DNA of 64,000 bases from a virus (IMGVR_UViG_3300049472_000073:24155-88154); one strand, 5' to 3'; positions 47,044 to 56,004 are shown, counted from the stretch's first letter. Program-made: numbers and translations. The notes: generated by a model from the letters alone, not told the origin.

Positions 47044-47453
47044 AATTTTACCCTTGTAATAGTTAATGGCTGTGGATTAGCGTTATTGCGTCCACTAATG
47101 ATAATCAGGTTACGTCCTACCACAATGGTCTCATTGCCACTATAACTAAGCGTCTCGTTGTTACCTGTACAGCTAGAGTTAAAATAGATTCTAACTGAGT
47201 CAGTGTTACTAGATGCCTTGTTACCAAATACTACTAAGCCACTTTCGTTAATGACTTCTTTACAAGTGGTAGTATTGGTAAAGCTTACAGTAGTTACTTG
47301 AGCTACCGCATTACTACCATCGCTGCCATCGTCACCGTCTACCCCATTGCTACCTGACTCCCCTTGTGGACCTCTCTCGCCTTGTACAGTCTCGACTTCC
47401 TCTAATACGTGCCCACATGATGTCAGTGCAAATGCCAGTAATAAATATTTCAT
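47040..47453 (-). CDS. lipoprotein with collagen-like Gly-X-Y repeat
   Basis: Lipobox LTSC; GERGPQGESGSNGVDGDDGSDG. Confidence 0.75.
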   Translation of the reverse strand: MKYLLLAFALTSCGHVLEEVETVQGERGPQGESGSNGVDGDDGSDGSNAVAQVTTVSFTNTTTCKEVINESGLVVFGNKASSNTDSVRIYFNSSCTGNNETLSYSGNETIVVGRNLIIISGRNNANPQPLTITRVKL

Positions 47454-47737
47454 TTTAATAACTCCTTTAATTCGTCGTCAAATTGTTCAAGTGCTTTATA
47501 CGTAGCATCTAATTCCCATTCATGCCTTAGTTCTGCGTAGTTTATATCAACTATTGAGCTAGTAGAGCCTCTCCTAGTATCAAATTCTATAGGCCGAGCT
47601 GTCACCATATCGACATATACCGCAGTTATCTCTACTTTCCATACCCACTTTTCATTTTTGTATTGCTCTAGTCCAATATATATCTGACCTACCTCATAAT
47701 TATGTTTCTTTTTGGCCATCTGCATACCCCATATCAT
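47450..47737 (-). CDS. FDxxLEELL-tag family protein
   Basis: NYEVGQIY...WELDATYKALEQFDDELKELLK*. Confidence 0.85.
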   Translation of the reverse strand: MIWGMQMAKKKHNYEVGQIYIGLEQYKNEKWVWKVEITAVYVDMVTARPIEFDTRRGSTSSIVDINYAELRHEWELDATYKALEQFDDELKELLK

Positions 47738-47912
47738 ATCCCTGATTAAATAGCTCGTCAGATTCTAGGTTAGTATACTTGAGTACTCCTATTAACTGTT
47801 CTATCTTATCTACTGTTAAGTGCTCACTAACAGATTCGTTATACAACTTAGCTCTATTCAATGCGTAGTCTAAGTCTTCTATTACCTCTGACAGGTCTTC
47901 TTTAAATCCCAT
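47700..47912 (-). CDS. hypothetical protein
   Basis: ORF track; C-terminal FNQGYDMGYADG motif common in phages. Confidence 0.6.
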   Translation of the reverse strand: MGFKEDLSEVIEDLDYALNRAKLYNESVSEHLTVDKIEQLIGVLKYTNLESDELFNQGYDMGYADGQKET

Positions 47913-48072
47913 AGTACCTCCTAGTTAGTCGTGAAAGTATTTAAGTTAATCGGACATACGTAATACATATCCCCAATCTGATATAGTACTAAGTTACCGT
48001 AGTCTACTTTATCGTATAGTAACTCTAGCTTTCTTTGTAGATCTGTTTCGTTTTGTACTTCACCTAATGAGA

Positions 48073-48306
48073 TTAGCATTTTATTAGTTCCTCTAATTCC
48101 TTCTCGAATTGTTTAATAGCCATATAAGCTTGGTTTTCTATTACTGAATCATCTAGAGAAAGAGTAACTATGTCTCTTATTTTAAGATAAGTTTCACTTT
48201 TAGGTGGTATTTCTAGTACGATAAAATCGGCTGATACTTCATTCAGTTCCTTTAGTTCTAATACAAAGCCGAAACAGTTATATACCTTCCCTATTTCAAA
48301 AGACAT
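48073..48306 (-). CDS. FDxxLEELL-tag family protein
   Basis: MSFEIGKVY...YMAIKQFEKELEELIKC*. Confidence 0.8.
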   Translation of the reverse strand: MSFEIGKVYNCFGFVLELKELNEVSADFIVLEIPPKSETYLKIRDIVTLSLDDSVIENQAYMAIKQFEKELEELIKC

Positions 48307-48527
48307 TACCTATCCCCTTCCATAGCGTACTCCGCAGCCATTACAGCATTTTCATAAGCTTCCTCAAATACCTTTGAGCTATACTTATCTAACAGCGTAT
48401 CAATAACATCGTCGTCTACTGACTCTCCAGTATCAGTATAGGTAGCCTCTGTAACTTCAATATCATCATAATCGTGCATCTTAACAAACATCTCTACTTC
48501 TCGGTTATCATCGGTTATTAATAGCAT
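48306..48527 (-). CDS. acidic hypothetical protein
   Basis: ORF track. Confidence 0.6.
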   Translation of the reverse strand: MLLITDDNREVEMFVKMHDYDDIEVTEATYTDTGESVDDDVIDTLLDKYSSKVFEEAYENAVMAAEYAMEGDR

Positions 48528-48530
48528 TGG

Positions 48531-48812
48531 TTACTCCTTTAATAGATTTTCTAAGTCGTTGTCAAATTGTTTAGCGGCCTCAAATACCTTATCGTATTCC
48601 CAGTCTTTGTCTATAGCTTTTTGATCAAAAGTATCTGTTTCTCCTATACGGCTTTTGTAATCATGAACAGCATCTAATACTTTTACTTCATACATAGGTC
48701 TACCAAAGCTACCATTATAAGGTAATATCTTTAGTATTTCTACTAATATCGGCCACTTATCGGGATGCTCAGTAGATACTACATCTCCTACTTTATACTT
48801 AGCCATAGTCAC
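48531..48812 (-). CDS. FDxxLEELL-tag family protein
   Basis: MAKYKVGDVV...FEAAKQFDNDLENLLKE*. Confidence 0.85.
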   Translation of the reverse strand: MTMAKYKVGDVVSTEHPDKWPILVEILKILPYNGSFGRPMYEVKVLDAVHDYKSRIGETDTFDQKAIDKDWEYDKVFEAAKQFDNDLENLLKE

Positions 48813-48813
48813 C

Positions 48814-49026
48814 TCACATCAAAAAGTCTATACGTCTAATGTTTTCCTCAGTGATTACTTTGTCCATAAACTCTAAGGCTTGTTTGTTTTCTTCATTAAA
48901 TCTAATTGCGTTAGCTAACTCTAAGGTACGTTCTGTTCCTAACTCACTGACTAGCCTCTCTACCCATAGGGGCTTATTCTTTACCCTAGCCCATGATTCT
49001 AATTCGTTTAGTAAATTGTTATACAT
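48814..49026 (-). CDS. hypothetical protein
   Basis: ORF track. Confidence 0.55.
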   Translation of the reverse strand: MYNNLLNELESWARVKNKPLWVERLVSELGTERTLELANAIRFNEENKQALEFMDKVITEENIRRIDFLM

Positions 49027-49270
49027 CTAGTAACTCCTTCAATTCTCTTTCAAATCTAGAAGTAGGTTCTTCTATAATAACTACTTCTTTTAGTCTTTCG
49101 TCAAACTCACTTATTTTATAAGTATACGGTCTACTGTCGTGCTCATTACTTCCACTAAATGTAACTGATCCCTCTTTTATATGTCTAAACTTAAAGTAGT
49201 GCTCTTTATTATCAATACGAATATACTTTCTTCCTTTCACTAACTCTTTATGTGAATTTATTCTAGCCAT
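49019..49270 (-). CDS. FDxxLEELL-tag family protein (variant)
   Basis: ...TSRFERELKELLDV*. Confidence 0.7.
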   Translation of the reverse strand: MARINSHKELVKGRKYIRIDNKEHYFKFRHIKEGSVTFSGSNEHDSRPYTYKISEFDERLKEVVIIEEPTSRFERELKELLDV

Positions 49271-50486
49271 ATTTCACCGTCTTTCCCATCTTTTTCATTG
49301 GATGATCTACAGTGCCATCTTTACTAATCACGAATACGGACTGAGGTATCTTTTTTAAGTTTACTTCTGGCATACTCCAGTAGCCATCGGTTAGTACGAT
49401 AACTAAGTCTGGCTTAGACTTAATTACTTTACTAAAAGCCTCTGTTAAGTCAGTGCCACCGCTTTGAAAGGTATCTTTTTCTACTTTACAGTTACGCTTA
49501 ACTCTCTGAGAATGATATACGCTTGTATGAAACAAGTGTATAGTAGCCTTGTCTACGCCTACATTTAGAAAGTTATCTACAATCTTTAAAAACTCATTAG
49601 CTTCCTCTACTGAGATACTACCACTAGTATCAATTAGTACTTCAATCTTTGGCATAATGCCAATAGTGTTACCCTGTGCAATGTCTCCTAAGCGTCTACT
49701 AGGTCTTTTCCATGTCTTTCTAATATCACGGCTTGGCATAGACTTCTTTAAGGTACTAAGCAAGATAGCCTTGTAGTCAAGTTTAGCAAGCTTAGAATCA
49801 ATTTCTTGTAACATTTCTCTAATAGAATCTGGCACCTTAGTATGTGAGTTAGAGGCTTTCTGCATTGCTCGCTTCATTAAGTCTCTGACAGCCTCTAGCT
49901 TTTCCTTAGCATCTTCCTCAGACATATTCCAATCGTGAGTATCAAACTCTGGGGCTTGCCCATTCTTAATCATATCAGATACGTTAAGTCTATCTCCTTT
50001 ACCATTACCTTTATCAGGGTTTTTCATAGTAGCATTTTCAAGCAATGCGTAGTAGTTTTCCGTAGTACTATTCTTTGGGAAGTCTTTACCACTAGCATCT
50101 TTGAAGTTACTAATGATCATGCATCCCTCTGGCAGGTTCTTAATGTATTGATTAATAACCAAATCCATAGCAATGTTAAGCCTAGCTCTATCAATATGCT
50201 CTGGAGTATCAAAGAATACGTGCTTAAAGGTAACATGGAATAACTCATGTATAAGCACAGCTTTACGCTCTAAGAAATTCCACTTGTCAACAAAGATAGT
50301 AGGATTTATATAGAGCATAAAGTTTTTAGACTTAGCATCAAACATGATACCAGCCGTAGGCATACCCTCATCGAATCTAATAGTCAAACACTGTAGGATG
50401 CTACTCATAAAGGCAGTCTCGTTGTCATCACGTAGTCCGTGAATAGTCGATTCCAATGCCTGTTTTCTTTGTTGAATAATATCCAT
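49263..50486 (-). CDS. metallopeptidase-like (HEXXH) plus VWA domain protein
   Basis: LIHELFHV; MIDAS DTSGS; GGTDL; VLTDG. Confidence 0.85.
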   Translation of the reverse strand: MDIIQQRKQALESTIHGLRDDNETAFMSSILQCLTIRFDEGMPTAGIMFDAKSKNFMLYINPTIFVDKWNFLERKAVLIHELFHVTFKHVFFDTPEHIDRARLNIAMDLVINQYIKNLPEGCMIISNFKDASGKDFPKNSTTENYYALLENATMKNPDKGNGKGDRLNVSDMIKNGQAPEFDTHDWNMSEEDAKEKLEAVRDLMKRAMQKASNSHTKVPDSIREMLQEIDSKLAKLDYKAILLSTLKKSMPSRDIRKTWKRPSRRLGDIAQGNTIGIMPKIEVLIDTSGSISVEEANEFLKIVDNFLNVGVDKATIHLFHTSVYHSQRVKRNCKVEKDTFQSGGTDLTEAFSKVIKSKPDLVIVLTDGYWSMPEVNLKKIPQSVFVISKDGTVDHPMKKMGKTVKYG

Positions 50487-50503
50487 GCAATGTCTCCTTT
50501 TAT

Positions 50504-51652
50504 TTAAAACTCGTCGTCAGTAGTTTTCTTTGACTCTTTTACTTTAGTTTCTTTATCTTTACGTAGACCTTGCTTCAAAGCCTCTGCTAATTCAGGACTC
50601 ATCTCAATAAACTTTTTCAAAGTTACATGATTTTCAGGGTCTTTCTCGGCACTCTTTTTAACGCAATCTCTAAGTAATCCAGCAGCTTGATCTTTGGGAA
50701 TGATCTTAGCTACCTCTACCATGATCTTATCGTCGATCTTGGTAGGATATACGTCAAGTACGCTAGCAATAGTAGCTGCCACCATGTCTCCCTTATAAGT
50801 AGCTTCTTTATCGTTACAGTAGCCTTTAAGCTTCTTTAGAGCTGCTTTCTTGTTACTGATCAAGTCCTGCGCTAATACTGGAGTTTGTTCGAATCTAAAC
50901 TTGTAGTACTCTCTTCCTACAGCCGTACCTAAAATAGCGGTGGAAGTAGTAAAATGCAAGTCAGTATCTAACTCTAAAATTCCAGTTTGCTCGGCAGCAT
51001 TTAATTGGCTAAAGCTACGTGGACTAATATACTTTCCAGTTTCACTAACTTCCTCAATAGACTTATACTGCCATAGCCCCGATTCTACATAACTAATAAT
51101 ACTTTGGTGCCAATTATTTTCTTTCATAAACTTAATAAAGCTTTTACCATCATATTCAATCTTGTATGTTACAAATCGGTTACTTAACGCGCTATCCATT
51201 GAGTTAACATCAAATCCAGCCTTATCCTCATTAATAGCACCTGCAATAATCCAGCCATCGGGCAGCTCATAATCGTCTACTTTACGATCTGTTAATAGCT
51301 GCATTAAGCAGTTCATAACCGAGCTGTTAGCACGATTAGGTTCTTCTAATAGCAACAAGCCTTTTGTACCTTTCTTTGGCCAAAAGTTAGGCAAGTAGTT
51401 AATAGTCAAACGCATACCGTTTTCCGTTATCTTTTCAGGAAGTCCAATAAAGTCTGGTCCCTCTCTGTATGCTAATCGCAAGTCAATAAATCCAAAGTTA
51501 GGGTCAGTCTTTTGTTGTTCTTTTACCCAAGCTTGGCAGATTTCAGACTTCCCTAGTCCTGCGTCTCCAGCAAATAAAGGATTAAAAGTCTTTCCTTGTT
51601 TTCGTGCCATTGCTGCTAGGTCTAATGCTTTTAAAATATCAATAGGTTTCAT
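50504..51652 (-). CDS. MoxR-like AAA+ ATPase
   Basis: GDAGLGKS Walker A, LLLLEE Walker B, IAGAIN, ALSNRF, SPRS. Confidence 0.85.
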   Translation of the reverse strand: MKPIDILKALDLAAMARKQGKTFNPLFAGDAGLGKSEICQAWVKEQQKTDPNFGFIDLRLAYREGPDFIGLPEKITENGMRLTINYLPNFWPKKGTKGLLLLEEPNRANSSVMNCLMQLLTDRKVDDYELPDGWIIAGAINEDKAGFDVNSMDSALSNRFVTYKIEYDGKSFIKFMKENNWHQSIISYVESGLWQYKSIEEVSETGKYISPRSFSQLNAAEQTGILELDTDLHFTTSTAILGTAVGREYYKFRFEQTPVLAQDLISNKKAALKKLKGYCNDKEATYKGDMVAATIASVLDVYPTKIDDKIMVEVAKIIPKDQAAGLLRDCVKKSAEKDPENHVTLKKFIEMSPELAEALKQGLRKDKETKVKESKKTTDDEF

Positions 51653-51653
51653 G

Positions 51654-51926
51654 TTAATTGTACTCCCTCTTATAATCCTCTGTTATTATTTCTTCTACCG
51701 TATACAAATCAAAGTATTTTTCTAATTGTCTCTCTGTTAATCTAACTTCCTTAGTCTTTTTTCCTTTACCTAACGTCGTATAAGCCTCTATAATAACAAT
51801 TTCATCAGGGTCATTAGGGTAATAGTTACCAAAACTAGGGTCAAAGCCACCGCGTCTACCTTTTGAATAACTGTAAAGAATCTCAAAGCCTCTACCCTTA
51901 TCGTCTACCATGTATACGCTATTCAT
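51654..51926 (-). CDS. hypothetical protein
   Basis: ORF track. Confidence 0.6.
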   Translation of the reverse strand: MNSVYMVDDKGRGFEILYSYSKGRRGGFDPSFGNYYPNDPDEIVIIEAYTTLGKGKKTKEVRLTERQLEKYFDLYTVEEIITEDYKREYN

Positions 51927-52207
51927 TCGATTCCCTTTCCATTAAACTTATACCCTAAAAATGTCTCTGCTTCCCAAAGCTTCCTTAAGCTACCATGTTT
52001 TTCTAATGAGTCAAGATGATTTTGAATAGTCTGAATGTCAAGGTCTAACTTATTATACAAGCGATAATGTAGCCAAAGACTATTAGCTGTAATAGCCATG
52101 TATTCTTTTGCTAGGTAGTAGCAGGTATCATGCACCATGCGTTCTGTTAAGACTATACCGCTTTCCTCTAGTAACCTTTTGTTTTTAAAGTCTACATGTA
52201 ATAGCAT
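51923..52207 (-). CDS. hypothetical protein (possible winged helix)
   Basis: ORF track. Confidence 0.55.
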   Translation of the reverse strand: MLLHVDFKNKRLLEESGIVLTERMVHDTCYYLAKEYMAITANSLWLHYRLYNKLDLDIQTIQNHLDSLEKHGSLRKLWEAETFLGYKFNGKGIE

Positions 52208-52208
52208 C

Positions 52209-52415
52209 TTATTTCCCCTTGCTTAGTTTAAGTAACGCTTCCCCTAGTTTCTTGGCAGTCTCTAGTGACAATCTAACATCTAGTCTCTCTAATTCGTCTA
52301 CAATAGGGTTTTTACTACCGAAAATAGTTCCCTCACTTCCTGAATTGTCAAAAGTTAACTGTACTATTTTTCTACTCTTAATTAGGTTAGCCTCTACTTT
52401 ATTATTGATTTTCAT
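52209..52415 (-). CDS. hypothetical protein
   Basis: ORF track. Confidence 0.55.
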   Translation of the reverse strand: MKINNKVEANLIKSRKIVQLTFDNSGSEGTIFGSKNPIVDELERLDVRLSLETAKKLGEALLKLSKGK

Positions 52416-52563
52416 TAGTATTTTTCTCCCTTGTAATGCTTATCGGTGTTAACTTGTTTCATCTTATATTGCTCTAACTTTACTTCACAAGTCTTTTTGC
52501 CTACTAAACTTTCATAACTAATAAACCCTGCGCCATAACTAAAAACTACTAACATAAAAATAA

Positions 52564-52764
52564 TCATTCTAACTCCTTTTTGTATTCTTTAAATTCAAAA
52601 TAACCATGCTTTAAAATCTCATGTAATTGAACTAAGTCTATTTGTACTGGATATTCTGCGCTATTAGTTGAAACTAATAGCTGTAATGTTTTTAGATCGG
52701 TATTGTCTAACGTAATTCTTTTAGAGGTATCTAGCTCTATTGTTTGCAATACTGTAATTTTCAT
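52564..52764 (-). CDS. hypothetical protein
   Basis: ORF track. Confidence 0.55.
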   Translation of the reverse strand: MKITVLQTIELDTSKRITLDNTDLKTLQLLVSTNSAEYPVQIDLVQLHEILKHGYFEFKEYKKELE

Positions 52765-52772
52765 TGTGTCTC

Positions 52773-53159
52773 CTATTCAAACTTAATAAAACATTCCCAA
52801 GGCTGGGGCTTATTAAAGCGTAACATTGTTTCTTTGACATGGTTTTCAGCTTCTTTTCTAAGTGTAAAAAGCCTAGGTCTCATATCGTGAGTATCTCCCT
52901 CAAATAAGCTTTGAGCATTAAGACTTTCATCTTTACCTGTTACGTCAAAAGGTAACTCTCTATAGTTATCGCTCGTAACCTGTGTTACTGTAGGTTCAAT
53001 TTCTGCAATATACTCTTGACCATAATCCATACAGCCATGCTCGATACAATCCTCATGGCTACCCTCTAAGCATCTTTGACCATAAATCGGTTCAAAGTGT
53101 ACAGCATAAGCCCCAATAGGTACTAATTCGGTTACTTGTCGTGTAATAGGTGTTAGCAT
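52773..53159 (-). CDS. hypothetical protein
   Basis: ORF track; AAGGA RBS. Confidence 0.6.
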   Translation of the reverse strand: MLTPITRQVTELVPIGAYAVHFEPIYGQRCLEGSHEDCIEHGCMDYGQEYIAEIEPTVTQVTSDNYRELPFDVTGKDESLNAQSLFEGDTHDMRPRLFTLRKEAENHVKETMLRFNKPQPWECFIKFE

Positions 53160-53171
53160 TGTTTAATCCTT

Positions 53172-53660
53172 TCAAGCTGCGGTGTTATCGTTTATAAGCG
53201 TTTCTAATTGATTGTCAAAGCAAAGAAGCGCATCAAATTGGGCTATTTCTTCTATTTCCTTTTTAATACTCTCTATACGCTCTAGATTGTATTCTTTTGT
53301 AGTTTTTCTAACTCTAGGCTTTTGGTTATAGTCTAAAAGCTCTTGTATATTCTTTTTATAATCTGAAATGATGCGCTCTACTAATTGTTTATCGCTCATG
53401 TCCCTAATATTGTCTCTATTCCTTAATTGAAAGGCTACTAGCTTTTTATTGTCAAAGTTATAGCCTAACTCTCTTAATACGCTTCTAATTTTACTTTGAT
53501 GCTTAGCGGTGGAGTTACTATAGCTAGTCCAATTAAAGAAAACCTTGTCACCTATTTTACGCGTTACCTGCCACCATCCATAAGAATAGCTTTTTAGAGT
53601 TTCAGGGTCTAACTCTACCCTGCTAGCCTTGTACACTTTTAGTCTTTTAAAATATTTCAT
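53172..53660 (-). CDS. 162-aa early protein carrying a tag variant
   Basis: ...DALLCFDNQLETLINDNTAA*. Confidence 0.7.
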   Translation of the reverse strand: MKYFKRLKVYKASRVELDPETLKSYSYGWWQVTRKIGDKVFFNWTSYSNSTAKHQSKIRSVLRELGYNFDNKKLVAFQLRNRDNIRDMSDKQLVERIISDYKKNIQELLDYNQKPRVRKTTKEYNLERIESIKKEIEEIAQFDALLCFDNQLETLINDNTAA

Positions 53661-53668
53661 ACTTTTAC

Positions 53669-53701
53669 CCTGCCTTTATTTTAGTTTATAGTCAAATTAA
53701 G
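53669..53701 (-). promoter_or_regulatory. early intergenic repeat CTTAATTTGAC...AAAGGCAGG
   Basis: Same two blocks with identical spacing at 54696-54728; core 11-mer also at 55433. Confidence 0.55.
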
Positions 53702-53718
53702 TTTTGGTTAAGTTTACG

Positions 53719-53982
53719 TTAAGATCGAATTAATTTATCTAAGTGTCTACCATAAGCCCCTGCTAACTCGCCTTGTGCTTTTTGAGTAGGGCTTAACCTA
53801 GGCTTTTCTACCTTGCGCCATGTTTTAAAAACTTCACTATAAAAAATCTTGTTACTAGCCTCTAGCTGCTTTACCTTAGCTGTTAGCTCTACATTGCCAA
53901 AAGGATACTTAAAGCCTAGATCATTGCTAGAGTTTAGAGCTGTTAGAATTGCGGTAATTTCTTTAGTTTTAGGCATTGTCAA
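53719..53982 (-). CDS. early hypothetical protein
   Basis: ORF track. Confidence 0.55.
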   Translation of the reverse strand: MTMPKTKEITAILTALNSSNDLGFKYPFGNVELTAKVKQLEASNKIFYSEVFKTWRKVEKPRLSPTQKAQGELAGAYGRHLDKLIRS

Positions 53983-54178
53983 GTACTCCGTTTTCTAAAA
54001 GCCTCATTGCTGTTTTGATAACCTTTGGCAAGTTAGTCTCTATTTCTTTGAATCTAGCAGCCTTGTTAGTCCTAACGTCAATTAATAGGTATTCCTGCTT
54101 AGGTAGCTTCACTAGACTAACTTCGGGTCTCTTATAAAGTCTAATTGAGTCACCTTGATTGAATTGCTTTGTTTCCAT
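53969..54178 (-). CDS. early hypothetical protein
   Basis: ORF track; AAGGAG RBS. Confidence 0.6.
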   Translation of the reverse strand: METKQFNQGDSIRLYKRPEVSLVKLPKQEYLLIDVRTNKAARFKEIETNLPKVIKTAMRLLENGVLDNA

Positions 54179-54243
54179 ATAGTTAACTCCTTTTTCTCTA
54201 AACTATTTCTAAACTGGGCTATTTATAATCCTATATATACTAA

Positions 54244-54435
54244 TTAAGATAACGTGTCTATTTCTATACTATTAAAGTCTAGTGTCTCTAGGTCTAGTAT
54301 TTCTTTTATTTCCTCTAGGTCTCTGTCAATACCTATAAGCATACCTTTTAGTTCTTCAAAGTCTCTATAGTCCTTTTCTTTACTAGCCTTTATTTTATTA
54401 ATTAGGTTAAGTTTCATTGCTTCAAAAGAATCCAT
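54244..54435 (-). CDS. early coiled-coil hypothetical protein
   Basis: ORF track. Confidence 0.55.
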   Translation of the reverse strand: MDSFEAMKLNLINKIKASKEKDYRDFEELKGMLIGIDRDLEEIKEILDLETLDFNSIEIDTLS

Positions 54436-54468
54436 ATAGTTATCCTTTCTATTTGTATAGAGTAGCTA

Positions 54469-54687
54469 TTAAGCTGCCTCTAGTATTTGAGTAGGTGTTA
54501 GATCTTCTAATAGTTCCCATTGCTTAAGCTCAAATAAGTCAAAGCTTTCTAGAGAGTCAATGCCTAGAGTATAGTCTAAGCTAGCGTTACCTGTTAGCTC
54601 TAGTTTAGTCTTAAGGTCTAGAGTATTCCAGTTAACAGGTCTCTCATATCTAACCTTTTCTATAATCATTCTAAGTTTAGTTTCCAT
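54469..54687 (-). CDS. early hypothetical protein
   Basis: ORF track. Confidence 0.55.
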   Translation of the reverse strand: METKLRMIIEKVRYERPVNWNTLDLKTKLELTGNASLDYTLGIDSLESFDLFELKQWELLEDLTPTQILEAA

Positions 54688-54695
54688 ATATGTAT

Positions 54696-54728
54696 CCTGC
54701 CTTTCAATTAGTGTAGAGTCAAATTAAG
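54696..54728 (-). promoter_or_regulatory. early intergenic repeat CTTAATTTGAC...AAAGGCAGG
   Basis: Second copy of the element at 53669. Confidence 0.55.
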
Positions 54729-54914
54729 ATTCTATTAAGTTATTTTAGGTTATAAGATCTTAGAGTTAAGCCCCAAGTCTTAGAGTCAATTTGAGTTAAA
54801 ATCGAATAATATCCTTTATTTGTCCATATCTTGCTAGCGTTATAAGCTGCTTCAAAGCTGTTAAATTTAACCGAAAACATATATTTAGTCTCCTATTAGT
54901 CTAAGTTATTGAGT

Positions 54915-55358
54915 TTATTGCTTTTTAGGTGTATTAGAGCAGGTCCAGTATGTCATTGTATCAAGTCTAAGCGTACTAGCAACTAAACTAGCTGCCTCTT
55001 GCTTTGAAACTTCTTTACAAAACCCTAACCTTTCAGACATACCGTTAGCATATAGCAGTCTAGCTGAACCCTGCCCCTCAATAAGCATAACAGACTCTTG
55101 TAAATATTCCATATGCGCTAGGTCAACTAAGTCCTGAATAGTATCTAAGTCTTTTGATACTACTAAAAAGCTTTTCTCTTCGCTAGTGATACCGTCTTTA
55201 TCGGTATACATTCCAATACAGTCTACAAAGGATATATTGTTAGCTCTTAAGTATTCGCGTACTGCTATAGTACGTAACTCATTTACGTTATTTGATTCTG
55301 TATGTCTACTAGCTGAAAAGATCATTCCAGTTACGTTATTTAAAGTTATATTGTGCAT
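54915..55358 (-). CDS. S-adenosylmethionine lyase (T3 gp0.3 SAMase family)
   Basis: Aligns by eye to T3 SAMase as recalled: FSASR..., N..R, GMY...EEKS, EYLQESV, ARLLYANG..ERLG...EV; early-gene position. Confidence 0.7.
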   Translation of the reverse strand: MHNITLNNVTGMIFSASRHTESNNVNELRTIAVREYLRANNISFVDCIGMYTDKDGITSEEKSFLVVSKDLDTIQDLVDLAHMEYLQESVMLIEGQGSARLLYANGMSERLGFCKEVSKQEAASLVASTLRLDTMTYWTCSNTPKKQ

Positions 55359-55449
55359 ATTAATAGCCCCTTTTGGTTAGTTAGTTATTGTTTCTAGGTT
55401 ATGTTTAGAGCTTAGTTCAAGTCTTTTGTCAAGTCAAATTAAGTTATTG

Positions 55450-55620
55450 TTAGTATTCTAAGGCTTCTTTAATAGCTCGGGCTACTAATTCAGACTTCTT
55501 TTGCCATAACGCTTTAATAGTTTCGTTATCGTCTATATTCGCTTGTGATATTAGGAATTCAATTTCTGCTACTATATCTTGTATTGTTCTTTTGTTTTCT
55601 TTTTTGTTATCGCCGCTCAT
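55450..55620 (-). CDS. first early hypothetical protein (start likely MSGDNKKE at 55620)
   Basis: The track start at 55638 lies inside the upstream sigma54-type box. Confidence 0.5.
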   Translation of the reverse strand: MSGDNKKENKRTIQDIVAEIEFLISQANIDDNETIKALWQKKSELVARAIKEALEY

Positions 55621-55631
55621 ACTTAGGTAGA

Positions 55632-55647
55632 TGCACACGTTATGCCA
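55632..55647 (-). promoter_or_regulatory. sigma54-type -24/-12 box TGGCATAACGTGTGCA facing the early operon
   Basis: GG-N10-GC spacing; predicted +1 near 55621, next to ATG 55620. Confidence 0.5.
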
Positions 55648-55866
55648 AGGCTTAAGTCAATGATTTTATTAGAAACTACTCAAAAATAGGTGTTGAACTA
55701 TTAGTCAGTTTGTGTTAAGAAACAGTTAATAATTAGAATACTCCTGTTATATTAAATACTTAAGCAGGTGTAGAACTATTAGTCACGGTGTCAAGCTGCT
55801 ATACTTCATTCATTCTTAACAGTCAATATCTATTATACATAAGGTCAAATTTGTATTGGGTTGGGT

Positions 55867-56004
55867 TGGCACGTTATTTGCTATATATGCAATATTCATA
55901 CCAATATACGTAGGCACGATTCTTGCTACTACTAGCAGGATCTATGCCAGCTTATGTTAAGATTCTATTAGGCATGATTCTTGCAGAGTGCAAAGGCTAT
56001 GCCA
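55867..56004. promoter_or_regulatory. three head-to-head pairs of sigma54-type boxes
   Basis: + strand TGGCACGTTATTTGCT 55867, AGGCACGATTCTTGCT 55912, AGGCATGATTCTTGCA 55970; - strand TGGTATGAATATTGCA (55888-55903), TGGCATAGATCCTGCT (55934-55949), TGGCATAGCCTTTGCA (55989-56004). Confidence 0.65.

Noticed and set aside
16340-50243. Numerous + strand ORFs opposite the replication arm (e.g. 20350, 30252, 31521, 36468, 40275, 46635, 49935)
   Set aside because: Each overlaps a motif-supported - strand gene, as expected of shadow frames.
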